From NCBI GenBank assembly GCA_051294905.1, contig CM119385.1:8556001-8620000 (forward strand): DNA of 64,000 nt, written 5' to 3'. This DNA comes from Botryllus schlosseri (lineage: Eukaryota). Positions 1 to 11,749 of the stretch are shown here, one piece after another (position 1 is the stretch's first letter; each line of letters opens with the position of its first letter). Both the position numbers and the translations under genes were made by a program. A model generated the notes under the pieces. The model did no database searches. It had not been told where the DNA came from and saw nothing but the letters and a program-made list of their open reading frames with translations.

Positions 1-1652
1 GTGCATTAAATTAAGCGTGTTTTGTGTTTGTTTTTGATGAAGCTCATGTCCGAAAAGGCTGATTCACAACGATAAGTTGAAACATAGACGCTTGCAACCT
101 TCATAGCTGCTGCGCATACACCACTGTACTTTTCCGTATCAACAATGCACCAAAGTTTGCTGCAGACTGAGGTGGGGTCATTTTGCAGTGTTACAATTTC
201 AATCTCCAACTGTTCAGCATCCAGAAATGACAAGATTTCATTATACCGGACACCAGTAACGATTACAGAAAGTTAGAAACATGGTATATTAAACTGCGTC
301 GAGTGTAACAGAAACAAGCTCTGTCAAAAGATGCAATACGTAATGGGTATACAAATATTGAAAATCTGCTAGTACTTCACGGCTATCTGACTCCGAATAG
401 TAATATTTTTTACTACTTTGGCATTGTCCTGGTCGTCGAGCTATCGTAACGGAACCCCCCACCATTTCAAGAAGACCGTGAACGGCATTCCGTCAGGTCG
501 CTTTTATAGGCAATGCGCCGTATTTTGAATTTCTGGTGATTCTATCACAAACATCTATATATTACTAATTGTTAGGGCGGTTTTTTTTTGACATGTCAAA
601 ATTTGTCAAAATTTTCTCAAAATAGTAGCGTTAGGTCAAAATTTGTCAAAATTGTTCATAAAGTCAAAAAAATTTTGACGTCTTTATTTCGTTTGTATCG
701 TAGATTTTGCACTGTCGGTGAACGTATCATTTGATATTTTACAGCTTGCAGCCTACTTTATAGGCCTACTGTTGTAAACGGCTAATTGTCTGCTCATACT
801 GAATCATCAACGGTCAAATAAAACAAATAGGTGGACATGGTATTATGGTCAACGTACCGCAATATCCTAACTGGAACATCATTCTTATATTGAGTAGCGC
901 ATGATGAAAAATTGTAATAGATAACATTGTCAGAATGAAGCAACATGGTGTTTCACCAGTAGTGTATGCACAACTTAGGTGTTGTCAGCCAACAGCTGCT
1001 GCTGTTGAACGTCCTTGGCAAGTAAGGACATGCACTTTTTACCCACGAATATAGGAAAGTATCTCTCGTTGTACTAAAAATTTTTGAAAAATTATTTCCA
1101 CCATAATACGTATTGCAACAACTGGAATTCTTCATAGGGCCAGATTTCGTTAAAATATTGTTTTTTATATGTACAAAGTTGCCTGTTTCTATGCCAAAAA
1201 CGTTTTTTCAGGCCAAACTACTATATTGGGACAGCCAGTTACAACCGGAAATGTAGATAACTGGTACAATTTTGACATTATATGGGAAAACGCCTAATTT
1301 GCATACGTTAAGTCAAAATTTGGTCAAAATTCAGTTTTTTTAGGTCAAAAAAAGTCAAAATTTTGATTTTTTAGGTCAAAATTTACTTTTTTTTAGGTCA
1401 AAAAAAAAAACCGCCCTACTAATTGTAATTGAAGATATTTTCAAGTGTTTATATATGTAAGTTACATGTTAGTGTGTTTTAAACAAGAATAGCTGAATCA
1501 ATCAATCTATATATTTAAAAGCTCACTGGTAATAATCTGACGAATATTGGTAAATGCTGCTATTCCACATATTTGTAGAATGGGCTCGCGGGCTACTCAT
1601 CTAGTCCTCGCGGGCTACCTGGTGCCCGCGGGCACCGGGTTGGTGACCCCTG
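1..1652 (-). mobile_element. Degenerate, internally deleted hAT (Buster/Charlie-like) DNA transposon; other end lies outside the window
   Basis: The minus-strand frame at 6-233 encodes a hAT C-terminal dimerisation-like segment (YVSTYRCESAFSDMSFIKNKHKTRL). A terminal repeat CAGGGGTCACCAACCCGGTGCCCGCGGG (reverse strand) ends at 1652. Interrupted by the element at 573-1418. Confidence 0.75.
573..1418 (+). mobile_element. Non-autonomous hAT element (TAGGGCGG termini), copy 1
   Basis: Terminal inverted repeats TAGGGCGGTTTTTTTTT / AAAAAAAAACCGCCCTA, perfect 8-bp TSD ctaattgt (565-572 and 1419-1426), gtcaaaa subterminal repeats, decayed transposase C-terminus around 985-1080. Confidence 0.9.
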
Positions 1653-1706
1653 CACTAAATATTCACAAACGGAAAGCTGGTTTTACCGAGAAAATTTTTG
1701 CAACAA

Positions 1707-1865
1707 AGCAAGTAAAACTTTTAAGGTTGTCGAGATGCATGCCGCATGCTCGTTTAGCGTTGATTTTTTTTTATGCTGCCAGCACCATGCATGGAGTGGC
1801 CCGCAGTTGAAATGCAATAAATTTGAGTCAAAGATCTTATAATGGAGTGAAAATTACAATTTACC
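1707..1865. mobile_element. Single arm of the palindromic MITE found at 32612-32894
   Basis: Aligns with the reverse complement of the right arm of that element (gcaagtaaa...gttgaaatgcaataaattt...aaagat.ttataatg.agtgaaaatt). Confidence 0.6.
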
Positions 1866-1869
1866 AAAA

Positions 1870-1979
1870 GGTTCACAGTGCAGAACCTACCAAGGTTCTG
1901 TTGTGAACGCGAACCTCTAAATTTCCGAGGTTCACACACAGAACGCGAACGTGAACCTCGCGTCCACACCACCCCTAGT
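1870..1979. mobile_element. MITE end rich in GAGGTTCAC/GTGAACC motifs, related to the family at 30596, 31854 and 34651
   Basis: Shares gaggttcac...cgaac.tgaacc...cacaccacccta with those copies. Confidence 0.55.
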
Positions 1980-2003
1980 TCGATTGTCTGCGCTCATTCA
2001 TAG

Positions 2004-2230
2004 TGATTTATTCTCGTCGCTTGTAGAGATGCTGAACGCCTCTGTACCAATTCAAAGTGATATATTCTCATCACTTTGTGTAGAGTTGCTGAACGTTTCC
2101 CTATTATTCCAAATGATTTATTCTCCTCGCCTGTAGAGCTGTCGAACGCCACCCTACCATTTAAAAGTGATTCATTCCCGTCGCTTGTAGAGCTGGTGAA
2201 CGCCTTTCTACTATTTAGGGTGATATATAG
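2004..2230 (+). repeat. Minisatellite, about 54-bp unit, 4 copies plus the start of a fifth
   Basis: Units tgatttattctcgtcgcttgtagagatgctgaacgcc... start at 2004, 2058, 2114, 2168 and 2221. Confidence 0.85.
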
Positions 2231-2583
2231 AACGTCTGTTGGATCGGAGGTTCAGTAGCTTCTACTATGTTGGTCATTGTACAATTTCACTTTGCCCATG
2301 TGAATGGTGATTCGCGTAGTCGACTTATTTTGAACGTGCATTACAGTGATAATTCTGTTGACTGGGATCAGTCAAATGGGGGAGTGTTTGCGCTTGCGCA
2401 TTTCATCTGTCGATCTTCATTTTAGTAATTATTTGTAATCAAGCCTTTTCAGATAGGCTGTTCTTACCGCTATATAAAGCGTCTGCGAACCACCATTTGT
2501 TGGTTATTTACGTTGACGCAAAATTAATTGTAAATCTTACATTAGTTACGTTTATCTTGATTCTGTTACGTTCGCTGGCTGTA

Positions 2584-2622
<39 letters not shown>
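2584..2622 (+). repeat. (TGTTGC)n microsatellite, about 6.5 units
   Basis: Read directly from the sequence. Confidence 0.95.
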
Positions 2623-3425
2623 GCTAAGTGTCAGCTATCATCATCAAGTTGGGCGTGCTATTGTGTTATTAAAGTCATGGATCACGTGTATGAATTACAA
2701 CGATTAGCATCCGTAGATAACCCCATAGACAGGCTTCTGTGCCGATAATCGGCAGCGCAAGATTCGGACTGCCGCGCAGAAACAAGTGTCAAACGCATGG
2801 ATGAATAGGCTACCCGTCATATATAAGGACATCTCTCGCGTTCTGCTGGTGATAGACCTTTCTGTATCGTCTCTGTGAAGAACACATTTCGACAAAATTT
2901 CACTAACACCAAAACAACGACCCACAGCCAATTATAAATTGCAATAAGTCCAATGTTACTCAGCGTATAACCTCATCAAACTTGTGCATTACATGCAGGA
3001 ATCTATCAAGAGCTATCACTTAACGACCCATATAGTATGCTGTAGTAACGATATGCATTTTAAGCTTGTTTCAATGTATGGAAATCGACAAGCTGCGTCT
3101 ACCAAAGCTACAATATAATCGATATAGAATCTATAGAAGTGTATTTGCAATGTGCATGCTTTTGAATTTTCTGGATTTTGGGATCCAGAGGTAGGTTAGC
3201 TGGCTTTAAATTTTCGTTATAAGTACTCGAGTGTTTTCATGAGGCTCCATACATATACTCTGAAGTTTGAAATGCGGTATCGACATCCAAAAAGGTTAAT
3301 AAACTCCGATCTATAGTATTGTATTAGATATGTAGTTAGATGTATGTTGATGGAGCTTTTTGTTCTTACGCTTCAGCGAAAATCTGGGCTTCCCTGAGGC
3401 GAAAGTGTTCCCAGGATTAGTAAAG

Positions 3426-3462
3426 ACAAACAAACAAACAAACAAACAAACAAACAAACAAA
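3426..3462 (+). repeat. (CAAA)n microsatellite, about 9 units
   Basis: Read directly from the sequence. Confidence 0.95.
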
Positions 3463-6400
3463 CTGCTTTTGGGTGTAAAGGACGTCTCTAGTTCCTCTAG
3501 TCTCTCTCCTATCTCTCATCTCTCCACATCAGTTCATCCGTCTTCAAAGATTTACTGTCGACTCTTGTAGTTAAGTTCATATTTTGTGGTATGTTGGAGA
3601 CTCCGTATGCACTGAGTAGTTTTCAGTGAGGATCCTAGGTCAAATATGGAGTATAAATCAACATAGGATATATGAGACCCAACATCTCACAATTCTGAGG
3701 AATCTCCAGTCCATAATCTCAATTTGGTACGAAGAACGTAGTTAGACGGATGATTTGTCTTCTGCAGTACACTGACGCTATCCACGCGAAAAAATACCAG
3801 ACGAAATATCTAACATCCGGGAGGAATCCATTCAGATTAAAACAGCAGCAATATTCGTTCGAAGTGACGGGGAAGTACAATTGCGAGGCAGCTATTCCAA
3901 GAGAAATTGTACTTTGCACGGACACAAGTTTATGAAGACCGATAGTCGCCCTGGAAACGTCAGTCTCTTGGGACTAGGAAATTATGAAAAGTCGGTGGCA
4001 TGATTTCAAAGTGTCAGTTGAGCTTACGCGGTAAACTACCATAAACTCAGCGCAGGGAGCTTATACGAACCGCATTGCGTTATTGTACGTACGATTGCAG
4101 CAGTGTGGTGGTTGATCACGATGATCTTTCAAGATCTATCATAAGATTAAGGATGGGATTTTGGATCATGCAGAAGGCAGAATTCGTATGTAGAAATCTG
4201 TACTATACCGTCCATTATTTTTCCAACAGCATTTTAGAGATTTCCCAGAACCGCCGTGCTCCCGCATTGCATCATTTCGAGATTTTTCGATGTCTGAGTG
4301 GAATAGAATAGCGATTCATTAATTAAATTTGATCGACTGTTACTTATTCACAAGGGAACTCGTGATGTCTGTTAAACGTGAGGGATCTAAAAATGCTAAC
4401 GTAGCATAGATTGGTTTCGATCACTTCGATTTGTATCGGTACGTATATAGTCTTTCTGTATCACTTTGGATTGAGTTGTTTGAAGAGTTGATTCAACCGA
4501 ATTTCACTTTATGTAGCTTCGTGATATCTGGCGTTGATCTGTTAACAAAAGGCGTCCCATGCATTTGTAGGTAGCTGGAAACCGATCAATACAAATTGAA
4601 AGCCTTGGATGTAATCAGTGCGCATCATGCTCACCGTTGCGACACTTTAAACAAAACAGTTTTGCACATAGTAATCTTCCCATGGGATGATTTTCTAATG
4701 GTAAGAAGTGGCGGGGACCGTTAAAAAGCTCCACGATTAGGGATGCCTTACCGCGCGGCACTTTCTGCGCACAATGGAGTTGGGTTCGCGAAGATTGTGC
4801 GGCGTTGCAAGTAAATCAATATTCCCCCGAAATAGGGTTTTGCTCGCAAATTCCACTGCTTATCGAATGTGCAAAATAGCTTACAATCGATCTTACTGAA
4901 AGCTGAGTATGTCGATTAAACACAATGCGCACACGCTCCCATCTCAAACTCTGTAGTTGATAGCGTGATGCGTTTGGTTTTAGATACACAATGTAAGACA
5001 GTGCAGTACTAGAGTGATAGGGCAATTTCAGCAGAGAACATGGACATCGTATAAGGAGCTGAACGGTCAAGAGTTTGTTTTTTTAATTTTTCAAGTGTAA
5101 ATGTCATTATCTTATGAAGTTGGCTACGTCAAATCGATATTTTAGGTAGTCTCAACACAGCTATACCAAAAGTTACATTTTGATTGACACGTCATATTGC
5201 GCTACAGCACGCATGAAAACTGGAATGTTTTGTCCTGTAATTTGAATAAAACTCGAATCGCACGTACAAGGTTTTAAAACATTGGTTTTTCGATGGTCAT
5301 GACTGTATACTGTTTTGAGGAGATTGACAAGAACAATCCGTACGGGGCATCCTCGTAATGATCCTCAATATATAGGTTTACGAACAACGCTGGCGTCAGA
5401 CCATATGAATATATTGTCAATACCTGTTCACGACTTGCGCATAATTATGAGATCGTCATGCGATTGAAACGGGTCTGGCATGGTTCGAATCTAAGTTATA
5501 ATAATTTCCATTAAAGAGGTTATACAATAATCGTCTCTGCCAGTGAATAGTATAAGATTCTATAACCGTCTCATTGCATAGAGTTCATCTCGGCATAAAA
5601 GTCCGGCATCTATAGATTCGCTCAAATAAACCATGCAGTCAGTTATTGCCTAAGATAAATTCATCCCAGCGACTGCCATCGTAAATGGGCAACTCCGAGA
5701 ATTTAATATTAAACGGCGACAATCGAATTATTATTTTCCGCTCGCACCCATATGTCGCATCTCGAAGGTGCTTGTTGACTGGTATTGGCTGGAATCTTTT
5801 ACGCAAATACTGAATTTTCCCTCTTGATGTATTCGAGTCCGAGTCCGTTTGCTTATGCAGAGTTATGCCCATTCTCTCGAATATACGCATTCTCTCGGTT
5901 ACCCGAAATGTAGTGGCGTAGCTTCCGTATTCGATACAGTTGGGTAAACCTATAGAATGATATGAATGATATGAATTTATAATATCTTGTGTATAAAACT
6001 ACACCCTTGACTAAAGCTTGTGTACTTTCGCATTTATCACACGTACGTAACATATCACATTGCAATATTTCTGTTCAACAGAGTACCCAACTTGGAATGC
6101 TGTATGACCTGTATTAAAAAAACATCTGCTTTTATACTTTTATTCAAGAAATATTTTCACGTGACAAAATTACTCGAGCATGCATATTTATCCTTGAAAT
6201 ATAATCGATACTGACAAAATCTATAAGTTTAGAATGTAAGTATTTATAGCTATAGTTTATGTGCGCTAATTGTTGCAGTAGAAGTATAATAATGATAGAA
6301 AACCCTTGATCAAATGTGCGGGCGTACAATGGTGTACTACATACCAGTGATTTTGACCCGTTTTCTAAAAAAACATGATGGCGAGTTTATTTGTGTTTCC

Positions 6401-8639
6401 GTAGAGGTCGGTAATTCAGGAAGCATAAAAAAGAGATATATGGCCTGGTGCAAATTACGGTCCACGTCGAAACACATTGAATGCCAAAACAACAACAGCA
6501 TTAGGTTTCTCGAATCGTGATTAATACAGAAGCTTTCGACAAAGTTCATGGCCGCATAAGTAATAAGTGTCCAATGCAGGTACTTCGTAAGTAATCCGTC
6601 GTTGATATTGATTTGTGTAGTTCTCGACCACATCGTTTACGACCTTCGTAAATCTAATCGGAGTTATAAAATGCTTAGCGTAGATGACCTGAGGTGATGT
6701 GTGCATCATATTGCAAACGTAATAACATTGTCAATTTTGACATTCAATGACATAATTCATTAACTCTGATATATTGAGTTCGAACTACAGTCGCCAGATT
6801 AATCCATCTTCAAAATTCCCCCTTATGGTGATCCAGTGCTGGTTATTTTGTACTTGAGCTACGAATCCGATTCTGATTCTGTATACTGGAAATCATGTCG
6901 CATATAGCCTATGCTAGATGTAGAATTATATATCACACAATATCAACTATTTACACTGTACTGATGTGAACTGTGTGATTTTAAATAATATCTGGAATCC
7001 GACATTTTCGGTTGTAAACTTCACGCTGACACTTTTCGCCAATCAATGAATGGAGGATCAATGGTTTAGAAAAGTGTGAGAAATTCTCGTCCTATGAAGC
7101 TGCCTGATATGTTGGTATATGCTTTACTCCGACGCTATACTATACGTGAGACCTCTGTATGGAGAATAGACACTGTGTTTTGCGTCTATCAGCTGTTCTA
7201 GCATTAAAGCTGTACTATCGAGTGAACAACTGTACATGAAATGCGTTAATCAGAACAACACCAGTCTTCAAGTGGCTTTAGTTATCACGAGTAGAGACGT
7301 TACCTTTAGAAAGTTTGGGTGAGATTTTCTGACAATATCGAGGGTAGATTTTGGAGTAATAGTTGTCAATTCGAGTAGTACTGCTCTTTTTGGGGTCGAT
7401 GCCTTGAAATAACTAAACTTCGGAGTCGGAGTAAAGAAAATTTTCTTACTAATTTTAGCAACATTTTCGGCACGTCGAATTATTACTTTATTTCTTCAGC
7501 TGGGCGAATAAATTTTGTGTCCTTTCATCTTTTTAAGGCTACTGAAAAAAACTCAATGTACCAATCCGTGCACGTCGATAGGAGGTCCTAGCTTACCGCA
7601 AATTCAAAATTCGGTTGTCCAAGAACGGAAGCAAGACTGGGGATCCAGCCGAAGTCTACCGGGGTCCGCAATTTAGCCTGTTTGTTCGTTAACAATAATG
7701 TAGATTCTAAAAGGAAATGACACCTGTGCTCCTCGGATTTCCGAGCATTACCTCACATTCGTACAATATTCGGCAATTCAGTTTTGATAAGCCCATTCTT
7801 ACGGAACAAAGATCGTTTCATCAATGTCGCTTCGTTGATAGTCGTCATCTTTACGACGGCGTACCGCGTACCCATTCACGCTAGTGATATTCACCGACGA
7901 GAGAAACGCTGGAGAACCGTTCTGCTAATGTGATGGGATCCTTGTCGATATTGTGCGTAGCGCTTGCGTAAAAAATCGGGCCGATAGACATTGACAGATT
8001 GAACTAACATGACTGGATATATATGACTTGATATAATGCATAAGTCATTACTAATATGTTAACCTGGGCGATAAATGTCTCGATGGGGAAGTCCAAAAGG
8101 AATATGCTTCTTCAAAAAGCCGTGAGCTATGGGCAATTGCGCATACACCATGTTATTCGGCTTGCTGTGGGCAATGGGCCATTAGGCATACAACATGCGT
8201 TATTTACGACCACTATCGCCTCATGGCATTGATTGTGTTTCTACAACAATTTCAAAGTTCAATGCGAGAAAGTTTTGTAGTGTCATTGCAGAGGTAGGCC
8301 TACAGGCTTATGGTAGTGAGTTAAAATAGTTCCAGTCAGAAATGGAAAAGATTCAGCGAGTGATATGACTGATGAATTAGCTAGCGATATTTATTTCGAG
8401 AATATTGAAATTGATTTGTATATTTGTCGACTATGGTATTTAAAATTCGACATTAGTTTTCAACTCACTACCTAATGTAAAAATATGGAAACCCTCGTCC
8501 TTTCTTTGAACACGCGGTGTGTCGATGCATTAAGATTGTATTTTCAAATGATTCGAGACTCTTGTTAGGTTGTGTGCAATTCTGTCTCGCGCATGAGAAG
8601 GTATTTGAGCGTTTGTGTGTTTCACGTTGAGTTCATAGC

Positions 8640-9482
8640 TAGGACAATTTTTTTGACATGTCAAAAAAGTCAAAATTTTGTCAAAATTGTAGCGTTCGGG
8701 CAAAAAATGTCAAAATTGTTCACAAAATTAAAAATATTTTGCAACCTGCATTTCGTTTTTATCGTAGATGTTTGCTCTGTGGGGGAACTTATCATTGATA
8801 TTTTACAGCTTGTAACCCAATATATTGCCTACCGTTGTAGATGGTCCATCGTCTGCTCATTGTGAATCATAAACGGTCAAATGAGAAAAATAGGTTGGCA
8901 TGGTGTTATGCTCAACGTACCGCAATATCCTAACTGAAGCAAGTCTGCGTGGGCATTGGTTTTTATATCAACAAGCGCATGATGAAAAATTGTGATGTAG
9001 ACAAATTTGCCAGAATGAAGCAACATGGTGTGTCACCAGCCATGTGGGCTTGCTGTACACACAACTTCAGTGTTGCCAGCCAACAACTGTTGAACGTTCT
9101 TTTTCCATTCTTGGCAAGCTACTTAATAAGGACAGACACTATCTACCCGAGAATGCAAGAAAGTATACTTCGTTGTACTACAACAAAAAATTAATTAGTT
9201 CTACCATAATGCGTGATGTAACTACTGGAATTCTTCATAGGTCCGGGTTTAGTTAAAATAAAGGGTTTTTCAGGTCAAAAATGTTTGATCAGGCTTAACT
9301 ACTTCGTAATGACAGACAGTTCCAACCAGAATTGAAGATAAGTAGTAAAATTTTTGGATTTTGTGGGAAAACACCTTACCACATACGTGAGGTCAAAATC
9401 AAGTTGTTTTAGGGTCGAAAAAGTCAGAATTTAGATTTTTTAGGTCAAAATGTTTCGTTTTTTAGGTAAAAAAATCGCCCTA
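8640..9482 (+). mobile_element. Non-autonomous hAT element, copy 2 of the 573-1418 family, with transposase dimerisation-domain remnant
   Basis: Colinear with 573-1418. ORF 9044-9256 contains PTTVERSFSILGKLLNKDRHYLPENARKYTSLYYN. Decayed TSD ttcatagc / gtcataac (6/8). Confidence 0.85.
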
Positions 9483-11121
9483 GTCATAACGAATCATTTA
9501 ATCGCCAAATCACACAGCGTGGGCCGCCCTCGTAATCATAAGACCATCAAACTGTTATTTGATATCACTGTAGTCACTACATGTCTGTCGTTCCCAAGAT
9601 CCCCATACCGCTTTGTCTGAACGCTCAATCAAGTCCCGCGGGGCGCACTTACTTTTGAAAACAAGTCTGTAATGACCGACCCTTTATCTGATATGAAACT
9701 GATAATGTTGTGTAGTACATAACTCAAGTATCGAATTTGTTTTCCTTTCACAATCGTATTCAATATTCAGTGTGGACCTACAATGCGCCCGCTTTTCCTA
9801 AAATATCTGAAAGCAGGCACTATGAAACTCGTGTCCTCTTGATAGTCGAATGTGAGTATAGGAATCGTTGATTCATAAAAAAGTACCGACCAGTTTACAC
9901 AGTTTGCACTGAAGTTCACTGCAAACGGTAACGCATGAAGAAACGATAATACGCGAACTCAGTATTAAGTGACTGTTTTTATGTCTCTTGTGACTAATTG
10001 CATGTTTTCGTTTGATTACATCAGAATAATGGTATGCCTTAACCACTGAGGGACCGGACGTCCCCATCCTGTATAACTCGTACTATAACCGGATATAATA
10101 CATTGGCATATCAGTTTCAAATTTGACTGCTTATAGGAAATACAATACTCAAGATGCCTATTAAGCTTGCGGTAAGTTCACCATGCTATTTTGTCTCGGT
10201 AGTTTAGCTAATGATGCAACCCGTCAATTAGTATTCCCCGGGTAGTTCGTCTGATTTGGCAACGAGTCGAAATTCTCGATATCGCCAGTCAACAGCTGAT
10301 GCTTAAGCTTGTTGTCATGCAACACTTTGTTGTTGTTATGTTTACAAATGAGCTGATGAAGATGGTTATCGCTTCATGGCTACGTCACAGTGAGATAATG
10401 ACTGATTACAGAGTCACAGTTGCTTAGCATGAAAACAGGATCATGTTCCGGTCCATTCAATTAGAAGATCTGAAAATTGAATATCATTGTGGATCCAGTG
10501 TTCACATTTATTCATGAATTTAAATCCATCATGGATCTTCAAATTCGTTGTATTCTGACAAATCGAATCCTATAGCTTTACTATTCCTATCATTAACGTT
10601 ACATACTATTGATGCGTCTTTCTTCTGGAGAATTGACCGTTTGTCGTATCTTGCTACGTTTTCGCAAATATATTTTCGCATATACGTGTGTGTAAAATTA
10701 CGCAGGTAACATGTTCTCAATTCCCACACCTTTCGCAATGGTAGTGGGGTGGTGGACAATCGTCATCCTGTGGTATTTGGTAACATATGCAGCAGTGCAT
10801 TTGGAGTGTGGAGATCCACAAATTTCTTCACGTATGATTTGATTACACAGATCCATCTACGTCTTGTAGTTTCGGAAAAATCCTTGCCTGGCTGTGTTTC
10901 ATGCTTTCAGAGTACAGCAATCAGTCATGCTATCATCATTCACAACATTGGTTAATTTTAGGCATGGTAGGCATGGCGTTTCACTATAAATTTATATCGT
11001 CTCACATTAGGACGAGCATGCAGCAGCGTCAACGGTATTGATTTCAGACACACGCTCGTAATTACTACAAGATCAACTTGAGACCAGTAGTAGTCTAGCC
11101 CGAAGCAGATATCGTTCGATG

Positions 11122-11749
11122 CAGTGGTTCTCAACCTTTTGACCTCGCGGACCGGTAAAACTTCAAAACAAATCTCGCGGACCGGTGAACCTTCGAAAAC
11201 TCAAATGCTCCCTAAAATTAATTACGACAATTTTAATGTAGTATTGGAAACTCCATTTATTGATGCCTTTTTGATACTAGATAGTTATGCTTGGTTCTAT
11301 TGAAGTTTCTGCAAGGCGAAGTTAGCGAAGTCCTGTTAAAGACAAACTTGATTGTGATTGTTCGGTGTCCCTTGAAAGAAATGTGAATTTGCAATAGGCT
11401 TTATTATACTGTCAAGAGTTGATCAATTGAAGTTTGTTCACAAGATTTCGTAGCTTTCACATATAACTTGTCCGAAACGAGTTACAGGTTATACTTTCTG
11501 ATCGTTTTTTTATAACACTTGTACCATCGTGACGAACGCCAAAAGTAGACGGTCAACTCCTTATTGCGACGCCATGCAAAAAATACGTTACACGCTTCTG
11601 AATATAACTAAAAAATTGATGTACATTTCTCTAATCTAATCAATGGACAAGCACCCATCTTCTTGCATTTTCTGATGGACATATACAATTCTAACACATC
11701 TGGCGGGCCGGCAGGAGACTTGTCACCGTCCGGCGGTTGAGAACCACTG
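11122..11749. mobile_element. hAT (Buster-like) MITE
   Basis: Terminal repeats CAGTGGTTCTCAACC / GGTTGAGAACCACTG; decayed TSD gttcgatg / gtttgata (6/8). Confidence 0.85.

Noticed and set aside
2471-2479. TATATAAAG as a Nav promoter TATA box
   Set aside because: It is 17 kb from the nearest candidate exon with no linked exon found, and such motifs are frequent in AT-rich DNA.
2497-2748. ORF with a poly-Cys run (or poly-Gln on the minus strand)
   Set aside because: It comes from the (TGTTGC)n microsatellite. The minus-strand CAA/CAG frame has a stop just upstream and no start, and nothing else looks coding.
3765-4003. Exon-like stretch after acceptor ttgtcttctgcag (frames YTDAIHAKK... and DEISNIREES...)
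   Set aside because: No recognisable homology, and no convincing donor in a phase linking it to exon 21601.
7740-7935. Open frames on both strands (FINVASLIVVIFTT...; NITSVNGYAVRRRKDDD...)
   Set aside because: Short, without start codons, with weak splice sites and no homology; consistent with chance.
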